From the NCBI GenBank assembly GCA_963706595.1, contig OY970166.1, forward strand, positions 2,880,001 to 2,944,000: 64,000 nucleotides of DNA, read 5' to 3'. This DNA is from an uncultured cyanobacterium (lineage in GTDB: Bacteria > Cyanobacteriota > Cyanobacteriia > Cyanobacteriales > Nostocaceae). The notes under the pieces are model-generated. The model saw only the letters and a list, made by a program, of their open reading frames with translations, was not told the DNA's origin and made no database searches. Below, in pieces: positions 62,792 to 64,000 of the stretch. The stretch's first letter is position 1; each line of letters begins with the position of its first letter. Both the position numbers and the translations under genes were made by a program.

Positions 62792-64000
62792 ATGTATGGT
62801 TGTCAGCAAAGTCTAGTTAATCCAGATGAAGGACTCAAAGCAGTCCTTGAGTTTATTTGCTCAGAGTCCCATAAGTTAACAAACTGCGGCATCTATTATG
62901 CTCGTCAACTATTTTTTAAAACAGGCAAGTTGATTGGTAAATATGACCTTGAAAAAGAATATAAAACCAATAAACATTATCAGTTTTTACACTCCCAAGC
63001 AGCACAACAAATACTTAGGTCTGTCGCCGAATCGTTCAAGTCTTTTAAGGAGCTAGATAAAAAGTACAGTAGAGGCGAGTTGCATTTTAAGCCTAAATTG
63101 CCCAAGTATCGAAAAGGTAAAGGCTATGCGCTTGTGACTTATCCTAAGCAAGCGCTGAAAATTGTTGACAACAATATAAAAATACCCTTGGGCAATACCG
63201 TTAAACGTTGGTTTAAACTTGACAGTTTCCTGCTACCAATGCCTTCTAACCTGAAATTTGCAGATATCAAGGAGCTAAGAATACTACCAAGAAACCAATG
63301 CTTTTATGCTGAATTTGTCTATGAGCAAGAATCTGCACCAGAGCTAGAGTTAAATCTAGAATACGCATTGGCTGTTGATCCAGGCATTAACAACTGGTTA
63401 AGTTGCGTTTCTAATGTTGGAACCAGTTTTATTATTGATGGGCGTAAAGTTAAATCGCTGAATCAGTGGTACAACAAACGTATTTCAACATTAAAAGAAG
63501 GCAAGCCTCAAGGTTATTGGGACAGCCAGCTATCTCATATGACCGAAAAACGTAATAGACAGATACGGGATGCTGTGAATAAAGCAGCTAAGTTAGTAGT
63601 TAGCCATTGTATTGAGCATCAAATTGGTACTTTAGTTTTTGGATGGAACCAAGGACAAAAGCAAAATGCTCAATTAGGTAAAACAACGCAATCTTTTGTA
63701 CAAATACCAACTGCTAAATTAAAGGAACGAGTTAAACAACTGTGCGAATACTACGGCATCAATTTTGTTGAAACTGAAGAATCGTATACCAGCAAAGCTA
63801 GTTTTCTAGATGGTGATTTTCTGCCTATTTTCGGCGCAAAACCTGAAGGGTGGACACCAAGCGGAAGGCGAGTAAAACGTGGTATGTATCGGACTAACAA
63901 AGGCATTCTAATCAACGCTGATTTGAATGGAGCCGCAAACATAATGCGAAAAGTAGAGACACAATTAGGTTTAAGCCTAGTCAAGGTCTGTAGGCAAGTT
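62792..64000 (+). CDS. tnpB: IS200/IS605-family RNA-guided endonuclease TnpB (runs off the window end; not in the ORF track)
   Basis: ggagg RBS then MYGCQQ; HSQAAQQ, KPKLPKYRK, AVDPGINN (RuvC-I), TEESYTSKAS, INADLNGAANI (RuvC-III). Confidence 0.92.
   Translation, partial: MYGCQQSLVNPDEGLKAVLEFICSESHKLTNCGIYYARQLFFKTGKLIGKYDLEKEYKTNKHYQFLHSQAAQQILRSVAESFKSFKELDKKYSRGELHFKPKLPKYRKGKGYALVTYPKQALKIVDNNIKIPLGNTVKRWFKLDSFLLPMPSNLKFADIKELRILPRNQCFYAEFVYEQESAPELELNLEYALAVDPGINNWLSCVSNVGTSFIIDGRKVKSLNQWYNKRISTLKEGKPQGYWDSQLSHMTEKRNRQIRDAVNKAAKLVVSHCIEHQIGTLVFGWNQGQKQNAQLGKTTQSFVQIPTAKLKERVKQLCEYYGINFVETEESYTSKASFLDGDFLPIFGAKPEGWTPSGRRVKRGMYRTNKGILINADLNGAANIMRKVETQLGLSLVKVCRQV

Overview
Chromosomal window from a filamentous, heterocyst-forming cyanobacterium (Nostocales). 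It has abundant HIP1 (GCGATCGC), heptamer tandem repeats, and the hetR-sepJ-PiT-Zn dehydrogenase-FAD oxidoreductase-patX-gnd multicellularity cluster. Housekeeping genes include msrA, pxcA, argJ, fba, tRNA-Lys, pdhA, ftn2/zipN, petG, cytM and malic enzyme, plus the small regulator pirA with an NtcA box. Accessory DNA includes: (i) a GxxExxY nuclease-fold gene enclosed by two related long hairpin elements, the upstream one amplified into a 4 x 73-bp array ending exactly at the start codon; (ii) a fused R-M-S restriction enzyme with a RelE/HigA pair inside the hetR-patX cluster; (iii) an AIPR gene with a VapBC pair; (iv) a pentapeptide-repeat/nuclease fusion; (v) a DXCF cyanobacteriochrome diguanylate cyclase; (vi) a TnpB element with a divergent ribbon-helix-helix gene and no tnpA upstream; (vii) many MITE/REP-like elements, some nested or translated in frame. 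Four genes carry single-base frameshifts, probably sequencing errors. One dehydrogenase looks genuinely inactivated. All calls come from motif recognition by eye; no searches were run.
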